From an uncultured Bacteroidota bacterium (GTDB lineage Bacteria > Bacteroidota > Bacteroidia > Bacteroidales > UBA12481): 64,000 bases of DNA. A program made the translations under genes and the position numbers. The notes under the pieces were generated by a model. That model did no database searches. It worked only from the letters and a program-made list of their open reading frames with translations, and was not told the DNA's origin. Where the stretch lies: the NCBI GenBank assembly GCA_903919065.1, contig CAIXHD010000426.1, positions 1,580 to 65,579 of the forward strand. The letters run 5' to 3'. How positions within the stretch are numbered: position 1 is the first letter of the stretch; each line of letters begins with the position of its first letter. This document shows, one piece after another, positions 9,238-19,800 of the stretch.

Positions 9238-11952
9238 ATGTCAGTAAAACGAGTTTACACCTTTGGAGACAAGAAAGCTGAAGGTCGTGCCGACATGAAG
9301 AACCTGCTCGGCGGCAAGGGTGCCAACCTGGCCGAAATGAACCTAATCGGAGTTCCTGTTCCTCCTGGTTTCACTATCACCACTGATGTTTGTACCGAGT
9401 ACAATCAGCTGGGCGAGGAAAAAGTAGTTGAATTACTTCGCAGCGATGTTGAAGCAGCCGTTAAACAGGTTGAAACTATTATGGGGACCAAATTCGGCAG
9501 CAGCGAAAATCCTTGCCTTATGTCGGTTCGTTCAGGTGCGCGGGCTTCGATGCCGGGCATGATGGACACCATCCTCAACCTTGGATTAAACGACGAAGCG
9601 GTGGAAGGTTTGATCAAAAGGACTGGAAATGCACGCTTTGCATGGGATTCATACCGCCGTTTCGTTCAGATGTACGGCGATGTTGTATTAGGCTTAAAAC
9701 CAGCTTCAAAAGAGGACATGGATCCATTTGAAGTTATCATTGACGAAGTTAAAGAACATAAAGGTGTTGAGCTCGATACCGACCTTACCGTTGAAGATCT
9801 GAAAGAACTGGTTGTTAAATTCAAGGCAGCCGTTAAGATCAATACAGGAAACGATTTCCCGACTGACCCATGGGAACAACTTTGGGGAGCAGTTATGGCT
9901 GTTTTCAACAGCTGGAACAACGACCGGGCTATTTATTACCGCAAGCTGAACCGTATTCCTGATGAATGGGGTACTGCAGTTAACGTTCAAGCTATGGTTT
10001 TCGGAAACATGGGTGATAATTCAGGGACAGGAGTTGCCTTTACCCGTGATGCAGGAACCGGAGAAGATATTTTCAACGGTGAATACCTGATTAATGCACA
10101 GGGTGAAGATGTTGTTGCCGGTATTCGTACCCCACAGCAGATTTCGAAAGAAGGATCTCAGCGTTGGGCAGTTCTGGCCAATGTAACAGAAGCTGATCGG
10201 GCCTCAAAATTTCCTTCCCTCGAAGAAGCTATGCCAGCTATTTTCACTGAACTGAACCAGATTCAGCAGAAATTAGAAGACTATTTTAAAGATATGCAGG
10301 ACATTGAGTTCACCATGCAAGATGGCAAACTTTGGTTACTGCAGACACGTAACGGAAAACGTACCGGTGCTGCCATGGTAAAAATTGCTATGGACATGGT
10401 TCGTCAGGGTTCGATCGACGAAAAAACTGCTCTTAAACGTGTTGAACCAAATAAACTTGATGAATTGCTTCACCCGGTTTTCGAAAAAGCCGCTATGAAG
10501 AGTGCATCAGTTATTACCAAAGGGTTACCCGCCTCTCCAGGTGCTGCAACCGGCCAGATTGTATTCCATGCTGACGAAGCTGAAGAATGGGCTGCTGACG
10601 GTAAAAAGATCATCCTGGTAAGAATCGAAACTTCTCCTGAAGACCTTAAAGGGATGAACGTTGCTGAAGGTATCCTGACAGCCCGTGGCGGCATGACCTC
10701 TCACGCTGCAGTTGTTGCACGCGGAATGGGAAAATGCTGTGTTTCCGGAGCCGGCAGCCTCCAGATTGATTATAAGAAACGCACTTTGATAGTTAACGGA
10801 AAAGAATTGGTCGAAGGCGACTGGATTTCACTGAACGGTTCAACAGGTGAGGTTTATGATGGAAAAATCAAAACCATTACTCCTGAAATGAGCGGAGATT
10901 TTGGTGTGCTGATGACTATGGCTGATAAATATTCAAGGATGAAGGTCCGTACCAATGCCGATACTCCCAATGATGCGCGCATTGCACGCGAATTTGGTGC
11001 TATTGGAATCGGCCTTTGCCGCACAGAGCATATGTTTTTCGAAGGCGACAGGATTAAAGCTGTTCGCGAAATGATTCTTGCTGATGATGAAACTGGCCGC
11101 AGAAAAGCGCTTGAGAAACTTCTCCCGATTCAGCGGAGCGATTTTGAAGGCATTTTCGAAGCCATGGCCGGACTTCCTGTAACCGTACGGTTACTTGATC
11201 CACCATTGCACGAATTTGTTCCTCACGAAGAAGCTAATCAGCTTGAGATGGCCAAAGAAATGGGCATTTCTGCTGCTGAGGTTAAGGCTAAAGTTGAATC
11301 ACTTCACGAATTCAACCCAATGCTCGGACATCGCGGATGCCGTTTGGGTAATACCTATCCGGAAATCACCGAGATGCAGGTTCGCGCCATTATTGAGGCT
11401 GCCTTGATTCTTAAGAAACGCGGAATCGAAGCCAAGCCGGAAATCATGATACCGCTGACCGGAACTTTCGAGGAAATGAAACTTCAGGAAAACATCACCC
11501 GTGAAACTGTCAATAAGGTTTTCGCTGAAATGAACGACACTATTGATTACCTCGTTGGTACCATGATTGAAGTTCCCCGCGCTGCCCTGGTTGCAGACAA
11601 GATCGCTGAATCAGCTGAATTCTTCTCATTTGGAACCAATGACCTTACCCAGATGACCTTCGGTTATTCCCGCGACGATGCAGGAAAATTCCTCCCGGTA
11701 TACCTGCAGAAAGGTATCCTGAAAGATGATCCTTTCCAGGTACTTGATCAGGTTGGTGTTGGTCAGTTGATCACCATGGCTGTTGAAAAAGGCCGGAGTA
11801 CACGTCCAAAACTTAAAGTTGGCATCTGTGGCGAACATGGCGGAGAACCTTCTTCCGTTGGCTTCTGTCACCGTGCCGGAATGGACTATGTTAGTTGCTC
11901 TCCTTTCCGCGTTCCTATTGCAAGATTAGCTGCTGCCCAGGCTGCATTATAG
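9238..11952 (+). CDS. ppdK: Pyruvate, phosphate dikinase
   Basis: 904 aa with GGKGANLAEM, the phospho-His loop GGMTSHAAVVARGMGK, and C-terminal FSFGTNDLTQ and CGEHGG. Confidence 0.95.
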   Translation: MSVKRVYTFGDKKAEGRADMKNLLGGKGANLAEMNLIGVPVPPGFTITTDVCTEYNQLGEEKVVELLRSDVEAAVKQVETIMGTKFGSSENPCLMSVRSGARASMPGMMDTILNLGLNDEAVEGLIKRTGNARFAWDSYRRFVQMYGDVVLGLKPASKEDMDPFEVIIDEVKEHKGVELDTDLTVEDLKELVVKFKAAVKINTGNDFPTDPWEQLWGAVMAVFNSWNNDRAIYYRKLNRIPDEWGTAVNVQAMVFGNMGDNSGTGVAFTRDAGTGEDIFNGEYLINAQGEDVVAGIRTPQQISKEGSQRWAVLANVTEADRASKFPSLEEAMPAIFTELNQIQQKLEDYFKDMQDIEFTMQDGKLWLLQTRNGKRTGAAMVKIAMDMVRQGSIDEKTALKRVEPNKLDELLHPVFEKAAMKSASVITKGLPASPGAATGQIVFHADEAEEWAADGKKIILVRIETSPEDLKGMNVAEGILTARGGMTSHAAVVARGMGKCCVSGAGSLQIDYKKRTLIVNGKELVEGDWISLNGSTGEVYDGKIKTITPEMSGDFGVLMTMADKYSRMKVRTNADTPNDARIAREFGAIGIGLCRTEHMFFEGDRIKAVREMILADDETGRRKALEKLLPIQRSDFEGIFEAMAGLPVTVRLLDPPLHEFVPHEEANQLEMAKEMGISAAEVKAKVESLHEFNPMLGHRGCRLGNTYPEITEMQVRAIIEAALILKKRGIEAKPEIMIPLTGTFEEMKLQENITRETVNKVFAEMNDTIDYLVGTMIEVPRAALVADKIAESAEFFSFGTNDLTQMTFGYSRDDAGKFLPVYLQKGILKDDPFQVLDQVGVGQLITMAVEKGRSTRPKLKVGICGEHGGEPSSVGFCHRAGMDYVSCSPFRVPIARLAAAQAAL

Positions 11953-11985
11953 TTCATATTGCATATTGCTTTTCAGCATTTTTTA

Positions 11986-12028
11986 GAAAGTTGTCAACTC
12001 TTCATGAAGAGTTGACAACTTTCTTTTT
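11986..12028 (+). terminator. Rho-independent terminator of ppdK
   Basis: Perfect 17-bp stem GAAAGTTGTCAACTCTT / AAGAGTTGACAACTTTC with a CATG loop, followed by TTTTT. Confidence 0.85.
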
Positions 12029-12055
12029 AACTTTGCTCCCGATATATAGAATTAT

Positions 12056-12688
12056 ATGAATATCTGGATATCAATAATTTTCTTATTTCTGGCTTACCTG
12101 ATGGGTTCTGTTTCGTCAGCTGTATGGCTCGGTCGGTGGATGAAAGGCGTTGATGTACGTAACCTTGGCAGTGGAAATGCAGGATTTGCAAATGTGATGC
12201 GAAACCTTGGTCCACAGGTTGGCATACCTGTTCTGGTTATTGATACCATGAAAGGCTTTCTTGCAGTTGGACTGGCTTATTTAATCCCGGGACTGGAATC
12301 GGATACTGAAATATTTTATGTTGCCCAGATTGCTTTTGGAATGGCCGCGCTGATTGGTCACCTGTTTCCGATTTTCAGCGGATTCCGCGGAGGGAAAGGC
12401 GTTGCAACCGGATTAGGAATCGTTCTCGCATTATTTCCACTTGGTGCTATACTTTCTTTAGCTGTATTTGTGATCGCTCTGCTGATCAGCCAGTATATGA
12501 GTCTTGGTTCCTTATTGGCTGGAATATCATTCCCTCTTTTTGTGATGTTTCTTGAGCCAGCAGACAATGTGCCACTAATTATTTTCTCCTGGCTGGTAGC
12601 TGTCCTCCTGATACTTACACATCAGAAAAATATCGACAGGATATTGAAAGGGCAGGAGCACAGGGCCTCAATTTTCAAGAAAAAATAG
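12056..12688 (+). CDS. plsY: Glycerol-3-phosphate acyltransferase PlsY
   Basis: 210-aa polytopic protein with GSGNAGFANVMR and FRGGKGVATG motifs. Confidence 0.85.
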   Translation: MNIWISIIFLFLAYLMGSVSSAVWLGRWMKGVDVRNLGSGNAGFANVMRNLGPQVGIPVLVIDTMKGFLAVGLAYLIPGLESDTEIFYVAQIAFGMAALIGHLFPIFSGFRGGKGVATGLGIVLALFPLGAILSLAVFVIALLISQYMSLGSLLAGISFPLFVMFLEPADNVPLIIFSWLVAVLLILTHQKNIDRILKGQEHRASIFKKK

Positions 12689-13469
12689 TATCCCCGATTA
12701 TCTGGGGTAATACTTTTCTCAACTTTTCACCAGTAACTTTTCGTACCAGCTGTCCTTGGTTTGCATAGGAAATACTTCCTGTTTCCTCTGATACGACAAT
12801 GACAAATGAATCGGAATTTTCCGACATACCAACTGCGGCGCGATGTCGCAGACCTAACCCACCCGGAATTGATGGATTTTCCGATACCGGAAGAACACAA
12901 CGGGCTGCAGAAATCCGGTTACGCACCAATATCATTCCACCATCATGAAGGGGACTATCCTTTTTAAATATAGTCTCAATAATTTCTGCTGAGATCGCAG
13001 CATCCAAAGAACAGCCCGTTTCAGCAAAAGCTCTTAACTCTGATTTTTTTGCCAGAACGAGCAAGGCACCGGTTTTTGCTTTTGCCAGCCTTTCACAAGC
13101 GAGGATGATAGCTTCAAAATCCCATCCGCTGGAGCGTTGATTGTCGAGATGGAATAAATGATCAAAGGAAATTTTCCCATTCCTGAAATAACGGGTACCC
13201 AGTACCAGCAAAAATCTTCTCACCTCCTGTTGAAAAACGATCAGCAGGGCAATCAGACCCAGACCGATTACCTGACCAAGTATGGAGCCTAATAATTGCA
13301 TATTTAGTGCCCTCACAATAAGCCACAACATATAAATCAGGAATATGCCATAAAAGATATTTACAGCCACTGTTCCACGAACAAGTTTATAAACCTGGAA
13401 AAGCAACAATGCCACCAGGCCAATATCAATCAGGTCAATTAACCTTATCGTTTCAAGAATAAAATTCAT
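12675..13469 (-). CDS. cdaA: Diadenylate cyclase CdaA (c-di-AMP synthase)
   Basis: Three N-terminal TM helices plus a DAC domain (PLHDGGMIL, GLRHRAAVGMSENSDSFVIVVSEETGSIS). The 3' end overlaps plsY by 14 nt (convergent). Confidence 0.9.
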   Translation of the reverse strand: MNFILETIRLIDLIDIGLVALLLFQVYKLVRGTVAVNIFYGIFLIYMLWLIVRALNMQLLGSILGQVIGLGLIALLIVFQQEVRRFLLVLGTRYFRNGKISFDHLFHLDNQRSSGWDFEAIILACERLAKAKTGALLVLAKKSELRAFAETGCSLDAAISAEIIETIFKKDSPLHDGGMILVRNRISAARCVLPVSENPSIPGGLGLRHRAAVGMSENSDSFVIVVSEETGSISYANQGQLVRKVTGEKLRKVLPQIIGDTIFS

Positions 13470-14333
13470 TCAGTTCAGTTTAATCTTATCAATCAATTGA
13501 ATACACTCGGAAGCCTGCTTAACGTCGTGAACCCTCAAAATATCCGCACCTTTTAATAAAGCCACTGCGTTGAGGACTGTTGTACCATTAAGAGAGGATT
13601 CCGGAGCACTCTTCAGTACATTATATATCATCGACTTTCTTGACAATCCAATCAGAATAGGTTTATCGAACATCCTAAATTCAGCAGTCCGGTCCAGAAG
13701 ATTATAATTCTGATCAATTGTTTTACCAAATCCAAAGCCCGGATCAATAATAATATCTCCTGTCCCTAATTCTGAAAGTTGTTTGATTCTGTCCGCAAAG
13801 AAAAGAGATATATCGTTAACAATATCCCTGTAAACCGGATTATCCTGCATTGTGCGAGGTAATCCCAGCATATGCATCAATACGTAGGAAACTCTCAGCC
13901 TGCCAATGGTAGCCAGCATTGCCTGATCCTGATTGCCACCTGAAACATCATTGATTATCTGCACGCCAAATTCTTTTACAGCCCATTCAGCAATAGCCGA
14001 CCGATAAGTGTCAACCGAAATTACCGCGTCCGGAAACTCACGTCTAATCTCCTTTAATGCGCTATCAAGACGGCTCTTTTCGGTTGCTTCATCAGGCTCG
14101 ATAGAACCTGGCCGGGTTGAACAGGCACCCACATCAAGGATGTCAGCTCCATCTTCAAGCATTCGGGCAGCTTTCATCCGCATCAGATTCGGCGACTGGT
14201 ACATCCCACCGTCATAAAACGAATCAGGGGTTGCATTTATTATGCCCATAATCAATGGCTTATCGAGAGACAGAAGCCTATCGCCAGCACGCAGATATCT
14301 TTGTTTATTGAAAATATGACCGTTTGTGATCAT
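13470..14333 (-). CDS. folP: Dihydropteroate synthase
   Basis: IMGIINATPDSFYDGG, ILDVGACSTRPG, INDVSGG and IIDPGFGFGK. The stop abuts the cdaA ATG. Confidence 0.92.
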   Translation of the reverse strand: MITNGHIFNKQRYLRAGDRLLSLDKPLIMGIINATPDSFYDGGMYQSPNLMRMKAARMLEDGADILDVGACSTRPGSIEPDEATEKSRLDSALKEIRREFPDAVISVDTYRSAIAEWAVKEFGVQIINDVSGGNQDQAMLATIGRLRVSYVLMHMLGLPRTMQDNPVYRDIVNDISLFFADRIKQLSELGTGDIIIDPGFGFGKTIDQNYNLLDRTAEFRMFDKPILIGLSRKSMIYNVLKSAPESSLNGTTVLNAVALLKGADILRVHDVKQASECIQLIDKIKLN

Positions 14334-14391
14334 GCCTGATAAATATGCTCATAAATGTAAAACTTTGTCTGTGCTTTTCAGCCACAATTCG

Positions 14392-14399
14392 TATTTTTG
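14392..14399 (+). promoter_or_regulatory. Bacteroidota-type -7 promoter element TAnnTTTG (TATTTTTG)
   Basis: Exact motif 18 nt upstream of ATG 14418. It contains the TTG that the ORF track used as a start. Confidence 0.5.
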
Positions 14400-14417
14400 A
14401 CCCTTATTTCAGGCCAG

Positions 14418-14960
14418 ATGCAGAAAACACTGTTGCAATATAATCAGATAGTTACTATGTGCCGGGACATTTTCGAAAAGAAAATGAAAGACTACGGCAC
14501 CTCATGGAGAATACTACGGGCGGAATCAGTTACGGATCAGATCTATATAAAAGCTCAACGTATTCAGAGCATTGAGCAAAAAAAAGCCCAGATGATCGGC
14601 GATGATATCAGGTCTGAATTCATCGGTATCGTAAATTATGGGATTATCGGACTCATCCAGCTCGAAGCTGCTGTCGACCTCCCGGTAAATCTGGAACCGG
14701 ATGATGCGATGTCACTATATGAAAGACATTTGGATCGCGTTCGGACTCTCATGATTGCTAAAAACCATGATTACGGGGAAGCCTGGCGTTCCATGCGCAT
14801 CTCATCCTATACTGATTTGATACTAATGAAGATATATAGAACCAAACAAATAGAGGATAATCTGGGTCAGACAATGGTTTCTGAAGGTATTGATGCCAAT
14901 TATATGGATATGATCAATTATGCCATCTTTGCCCTGATCAAAATAGATTTTAAAGAGTAA
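14418..14960 (+). CDS. DUF1599 domain protein
   Basis: YGTSWRILR...TDQIYIKAQRI and a second HDYGEAWRSMR...LILMKIYRTKQIE repeat, typical of DUF1599, in its conserved position beside folP. The start was set to ATG 14418 (the track's TTG 14397 lies in the promoter motif). Confidence 0.7.
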   Translation: MQKTLLQYNQIVTMCRDIFEKKMKDYGTSWRILRAESVTDQIYIKAQRIQSIEQKKAQMIGDDIRSEFIGIVNYGIIGLIQLEAAVDLPVNLEPDDAMSLYERHLDRVRTLMIAKNHDYGEAWRSMRISSYTDLILMKIYRTKQIEDNLGQTMVSEGIDANYMDMINYAIFALIKIDFKE

Positions 14961-14966
14961 TCATTT

Positions 14967-16070
14967 ATGAAAGAGGCGATTAAGATTATCAGTAGGATAA
15001 TAATTGCGGCACTGTTTATTTATTCGGGATTTGTTAAGTGCGTCGATCCAACAGGAACTGCAATAAAATTCGAAGAATACTTCGATGTTTTCGGTACGAA
15101 TTTCATGATTCCTTTTTCCATGGCATTTTCTATCCTGATGTGTGGAGCGGAAATGCTGATCGGGATCATGCTCCTGCAAAATCTTAAGATCAAATGGGCA
15201 ATATGGTTAGCCGTTGCACTGATGGCTGTTTACACCCCGCTTACCCTTTGGCTGGCAATTACCAATAAAGTAACTGATTGCGGTTGTTTTGGGGATGCCT
15301 TAGTACTCACCAACATGCAAACTTTCCTAAAAAACCTCGCTATTGACTTGATTCTCTTAATTCTGGTTTTTAACAGGAATCACTATAAAAATCCGCTTAA
15401 ACAACCCATTCAGATTTATGCTTCAGCAGGTATGGCTTTGCTGGTTTTCGGATTTGAATTCTACAATCTCAGCCATTTGCCGGTTATTGATTTCATGCCG
15501 TATAAAGTTGGAGTGAATATCCCAAAAAGCATGATCGTTCCTGAGGGTGCACAACAGGATGTTTATAAGATGGAATTTTATTATGAAAAAGGGGGTAAGG
15601 TTCAGCAATTTACCCAGGACAATTATCCTCAGGACGACTCAACTTGGAAGTTTGTAGATTCCAAATCGATTCTGGTGAAAAAGGGATATTCGCCTCCGAT
15701 CCATGATTTCAGCATTATGGCTTCGGATGGGCAAGATGTTACAGACCTGGTTTTATCGGAGCCGGGTTATACCTTACTCGTGTTATTCGGTTCATTCAAA
15801 AAAGCTGACCTTAAAAACATCGGAAAAATTAATGAGGTAGTAAACAAAGCCATATCAAAAGAATATAAAGTAATCGGACTTACTTCATCTGTGCCTGAAG
15901 AGTTCGAGGTATTTAAAGAGAAGGCGAAAGCTACCTACCCCATTTACCTTATGGATGGGACAACCCTTAAAACGATGATCCGATCAAACCCAGGCCTTAT
16001 TCTTATTAAAAATGGGACGGTGATGGGGAAATGGCATCACAAGCAAGTTGGAAAAATTAAAGAAATTTAG
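14967..16070 (+). CDS. BT_3928-like membrane protein (DoxX/MauE-like TM domain plus C-terminal thioredoxin-fold domain)
   Basis: 367 aa with four N-terminal TM helices carrying VTDCGCFGDAL, then a soluble C-terminal domain. Its position between DUF1599 and tpiA is as recalled for Bacteroides. Confidence 0.6.
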   Translation: MKEAIKIISRIIIAALFIYSGFVKCVDPTGTAIKFEEYFDVFGTNFMIPFSMAFSILMCGAEMLIGIMLLQNLKIKWAIWLAVALMAVYTPLTLWLAITNKVTDCGCFGDALVLTNMQTFLKNLAIDLILLILVFNRNHYKNPLKQPIQIYASAGMALLVFGFEFYNLSHLPVIDFMPYKVGVNIPKSMIVPEGAQQDVYKMEFYYEKGGKVQQFTQDNYPQDDSTWKFVDSKSILVKKGYSPPIHDFSIMASDGQDVTDLVLSEPGYTLLVLFGSFKKADLKNIGKINEVVNKAISKEYKVIGLTSSVPEEFEVFKEKAKATYPIYLMDGTTLKTMIRSNPGLILIKNGTVMGKWHHKQVGKIKEI

Positions 16071-16099
16071 TCAATATTCTGATTATTAAACACTTATTT

Positions 16100-16861
16100 A
16101 TGAGAAAAAGAATTGTTGCCGGAAACTGGAAGATGAATACAGATGTTGCAGCCGGTGTGAAATTGGCAAGCGATTTAATGCAGCTATTACGCGATCAGCC
16201 AGCTCCTGAAAATGTTGGTGTAGCTATAGCACCACCATTTACCCATCTGAGTGAAGTAAATAAAGTTATAGATCCTGCCAGGATTTGTTTGGCAGCTCAA
16301 AATTGTGCTTCAGAAGCAAACGGTGCCTATACTGGTGAAGTATCTGTTGGCATGTTGAAAAATGTTGGCGTCATGGCCGTCATCATTGGGCATTCCGAAA
16401 GGCGTGCCTATTATAAGGAGGATCATGCAACACTTGCCAAGAAGGTAAATCTGGCTATTAAAAATGAGATGAGGCCGATTTTCTGCTGCGGCGAGGTACT
16501 GGAAGAAAGAAACGCCGGGATTCAGAATCAGGTAGTTGAAAAGCAATTGAATGAGAGTCTTTTTCACCTTGACAATGAAGATTTTTCCAGAGTGATTATT
16601 GCCTATGAACCGGTGTGGGCAATTGGTACCGGTGTTGTGGCTTCGCCAGACCAGGCACAGGAAATCCACAAGTACATCCGCTCATTGGTAGCCGCCCGTT
16701 ATGGTGCCGGTATTGCAGGAGAACTCACTATTCTTTATGGGGGAAGCTGCAAATCATCCAATGCTGCTGAAATCTTCTCAAAACCCGACGTAGACGGAGG
16801 GTTAATCGGTGGTGCAGCGCTTGATGCAGCTGAATTTCATCGGATCGTTCTGTCCTTCTGA
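16100..16861 (+). CDS. tpiA: Triosephosphate isomerase
   Basis: VAGNWKMN, IGHSERR, AYEPVWAIGTG and ILYGGS. Confidence 0.95.
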   Translation: MRKRIVAGNWKMNTDVAAGVKLASDLMQLLRDQPAPENVGVAIAPPFTHLSEVNKVIDPARICLAAQNCASEANGAYTGEVSVGMLKNVGVMAVIIGHSERRAYYKEDHATLAKKVNLAIKNEMRPIFCCGEVLEERNAGIQNQVVEKQLNESLFHLDNEDFSRVIIAYEPVWAIGTGVVASPDQAQEIHKYIRSLVAARYGAGIAGELTILYGGSCKSSNAAEIFSKPDVDGGLIGGAALDAAEFHRIVLSF

Positions 16862-16863
16862 AA

Positions 16864-19800
16864 ATGAAAATATCCGGCATTCTGCTTTTTCTTCTTTCAG
16901 GATGCCTGATTCATGTAATGGGTCAGGAAACGGTTCGTTTCCATGCCGACCCGAATATATTTATACAGGATGCCCGTAATTTTTTCGGATTTCGACAACC
17001 GGAAGAATCACGGGCAGTTCTTTTAAGGCTCGAGACTGCCCAAAAGAAAGGCCAACTGGAGGAAAACCATTGGATTGACCTTTCCGGGAAAGCTAATGCA
17101 ATGATAAAATCAGATACCCAATCCGTTTCTGATTTATTTCTGTTGATCGATGCTTTTCTTGAGGCTGCCACTCACACACGGGAACGGGCAGGATACCTCA
17201 TCTGGTCTGCATTTGCAGATAAACTTCTCATTCAGAATCGGAAGGATATTACCCAGGTCAAGAAATTCATGAAGTTCACACTGGACTATTCCAGAAATGG
17301 AATTCTATACAAATCAAGCGCTTTTGAATGGGGAGTAAAACCAGATTTAAATATTTACGGTATTGATTCCACATTTTATGTGATTGTAAATGCGGCTGAC
17401 CTTGTTGCCAGGGGAAGTGGCGACAGTACAGTAATTTTTTCAACCCGGGGAAGATATTATCCGGAAACAAACCATTTTTTTGGTGAAGGAGGCAAGGTTT
17501 CCTGGGAAAAGGTCAAAATTCCTTCGAGCCAGGTTTGTGTGAACCTTAACAAATACACTCTCGATTTAAAAAAATCATTTTACGAGATAGATTCTGTTAA
17601 TCTGATAGACCGGCGATATTTTAAGGAGCCGCTGATTGGCAGGATTGAAAACAAAATTCTACCGGGTGTTTCTGCAGAGACAGCCGGTTATCCCAAATTC
17701 ACTTCATACGATCATCGGAACCGAATTAAAAACCTTTACCCCGGTATGGATTACGAAGGTGGTTTCGCACTTTATGGATCAAAAGTGTTCGGTATTGGGC
17801 CGGCTTCAGCAAAAAGCATCCTGACAGTGTTCAGAAATCAGAAACCCATTATAAGGCTTGCCTCTACCTATTTTTCATTCCTGCCTGACCAGGCCCGCGG
17901 GATCAACTCAGAAGTCAGCATATATCTCGAAACTGATTCAATTTATCATCCAGGGTTGCTCTTCCAATATAATGGCAAGCAGAAAGAAATTTCATTTATT
18001 CGTGATGGACAAGGACTCTCCCCTTCCCGATTCATTGATTCGTATCATGAATTTGACCTGAATGTTGACTGGATTAGATGGACCATCGGAAGTAATTTCA
18101 TAAGCATGGCGGGCTTGCCCGGAAGTCTTGAAAACAAAGCTTCATTTGAATCAGCCGACTTTTTCAATATCGACCGGTACAATGAAATCCTGATAGTTGA
18201 TAAAACCCATCCGGTAGCTGCAGTAAAGAAATGTTCGGAATATTACTATTCACGGACGTTTACTCTCGAGGACTTATCAAAGTTTATGGTAAAACCGCAG
18301 CATTTGGTTGAAGAAATGCTGCTTCGTCTCTCCTTTCTTGGATTTGTCAGATATAATTCTGAAACCAAAATAGTGGATGTTCAGGAGCGTGCGTTCGACT
18401 TCCTGAAAAAGAACGCCGGGCAGCAGGATTACGATGTTATCCGATTTGAATCCTTGTTGCAGCAACCAGAAGTCAATGCCATTCTCAATCTGACCGATAA
18501 TCATCTGAAAGTAATTGGGTTAAAATCACTTGAGCTTAGCCAGACGCGGCAAGTAACCATTTATCCAACCAATGCTTCAATAGAAATTCTTAAAGGCAGA
18601 GACCTGCTTTTTGATGGAGAGATTCAGGGAGGGCTGATACGTTTTTATGGCAAGAAATTCCACTTTAACTATGATGATTTCTCTATAAGACTTGACGAGG
18701 TTGGAAAACTTAAGATCCAGGTTTATGAGAAGCCAAAAAATAAAAACCAGACCCCGGTGCTGGCAGATGTCACCTCGGTTATTGAATACACCAAAGGAAC
18801 CCTGAAAATTGATGAACCGAGCAACAAGTCAGGCCTGCGGGCAGATAAATATCCCGAATACCCCATACTGCAGACCGACACCAATGCCTATGTTTACTAT
18901 AACCAAAAGGAAATTCTCAATGGTGTATACCCACGCGAAACTTTCAATTTCAGTATATCCCCATTCACCTTGAGAGGACTGAATTTATACACATTCAGTG
19001 ACTCCCTGAACTTTCCCGGTCGACTTACCACAGCAGGTATTTTTCCCCCTTTAGAACTTGCCTTGAGGCACCAGAGTGATCATTCGCTCGGCTTCGAGAC
19101 ACTAAAAACTCCGGAAGAAGGATATCCGGTATATAATGGTAAAGGTCGCTTTTATAATAGTATTGCCATGAGCAAGGCGGGGCTGAGAGGTTCAGGAAGG
19201 CTTGAATATCTTAATTCCGCAGTTGAGTCAGATGATATACTCTTTCTTCCTGACCAGGTTAATACTTTGGCCAGCATTGCCGTAGCCCAAGACTCTTCTG
19301 ATACCGGCAATCCTGAAACAAGAGGTGAAAAAATGGCCATTAAATGGTATCCTGGCGGCGATAAACTTGTAGCTCAGAGCACCAAAGGTCCGCTTAACAT
19401 GTATGGCAAGGGAAAATTCGATGGCGTACTGAATCTTGAGCCCAACGGATTGATAGGAAAAGGAACAGTTTATTTTGATGGCTATTCCATTACTTCCAAT
19501 GAAATCAAGTTTAATGAGAATACCTATCAGGCTCCGAACAGCATTCTTCGGATCTTCAGGGATTCTGCAGAGACAAAAGCCGACAAGACTCCTTATCCTT
19601 ATTCCGGAACCCTGATGCAGGCCAGTCAGTTTAATGGTATGATTGATGTTGCTAACAAGAAAGCGCATTTTGAACCGGCTGGAACTCAATCCAGGATTGA
19701 GTTTACCCAGAATCGCTTTGAGGGAAAACCAGCCCGTTTTGACTGGGATATGGACAAAAAACAGCTGGTAATGGAGGATCTTACGCTAAAAATGGCTCGA

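Noticed and set aside
19228-19689. 153-aa ORF on the minus strand
   Set aside because: It lies antisense within the 1482-aa ORF. It is short relative to the host gene and has no motif, so it is most likely spurious.
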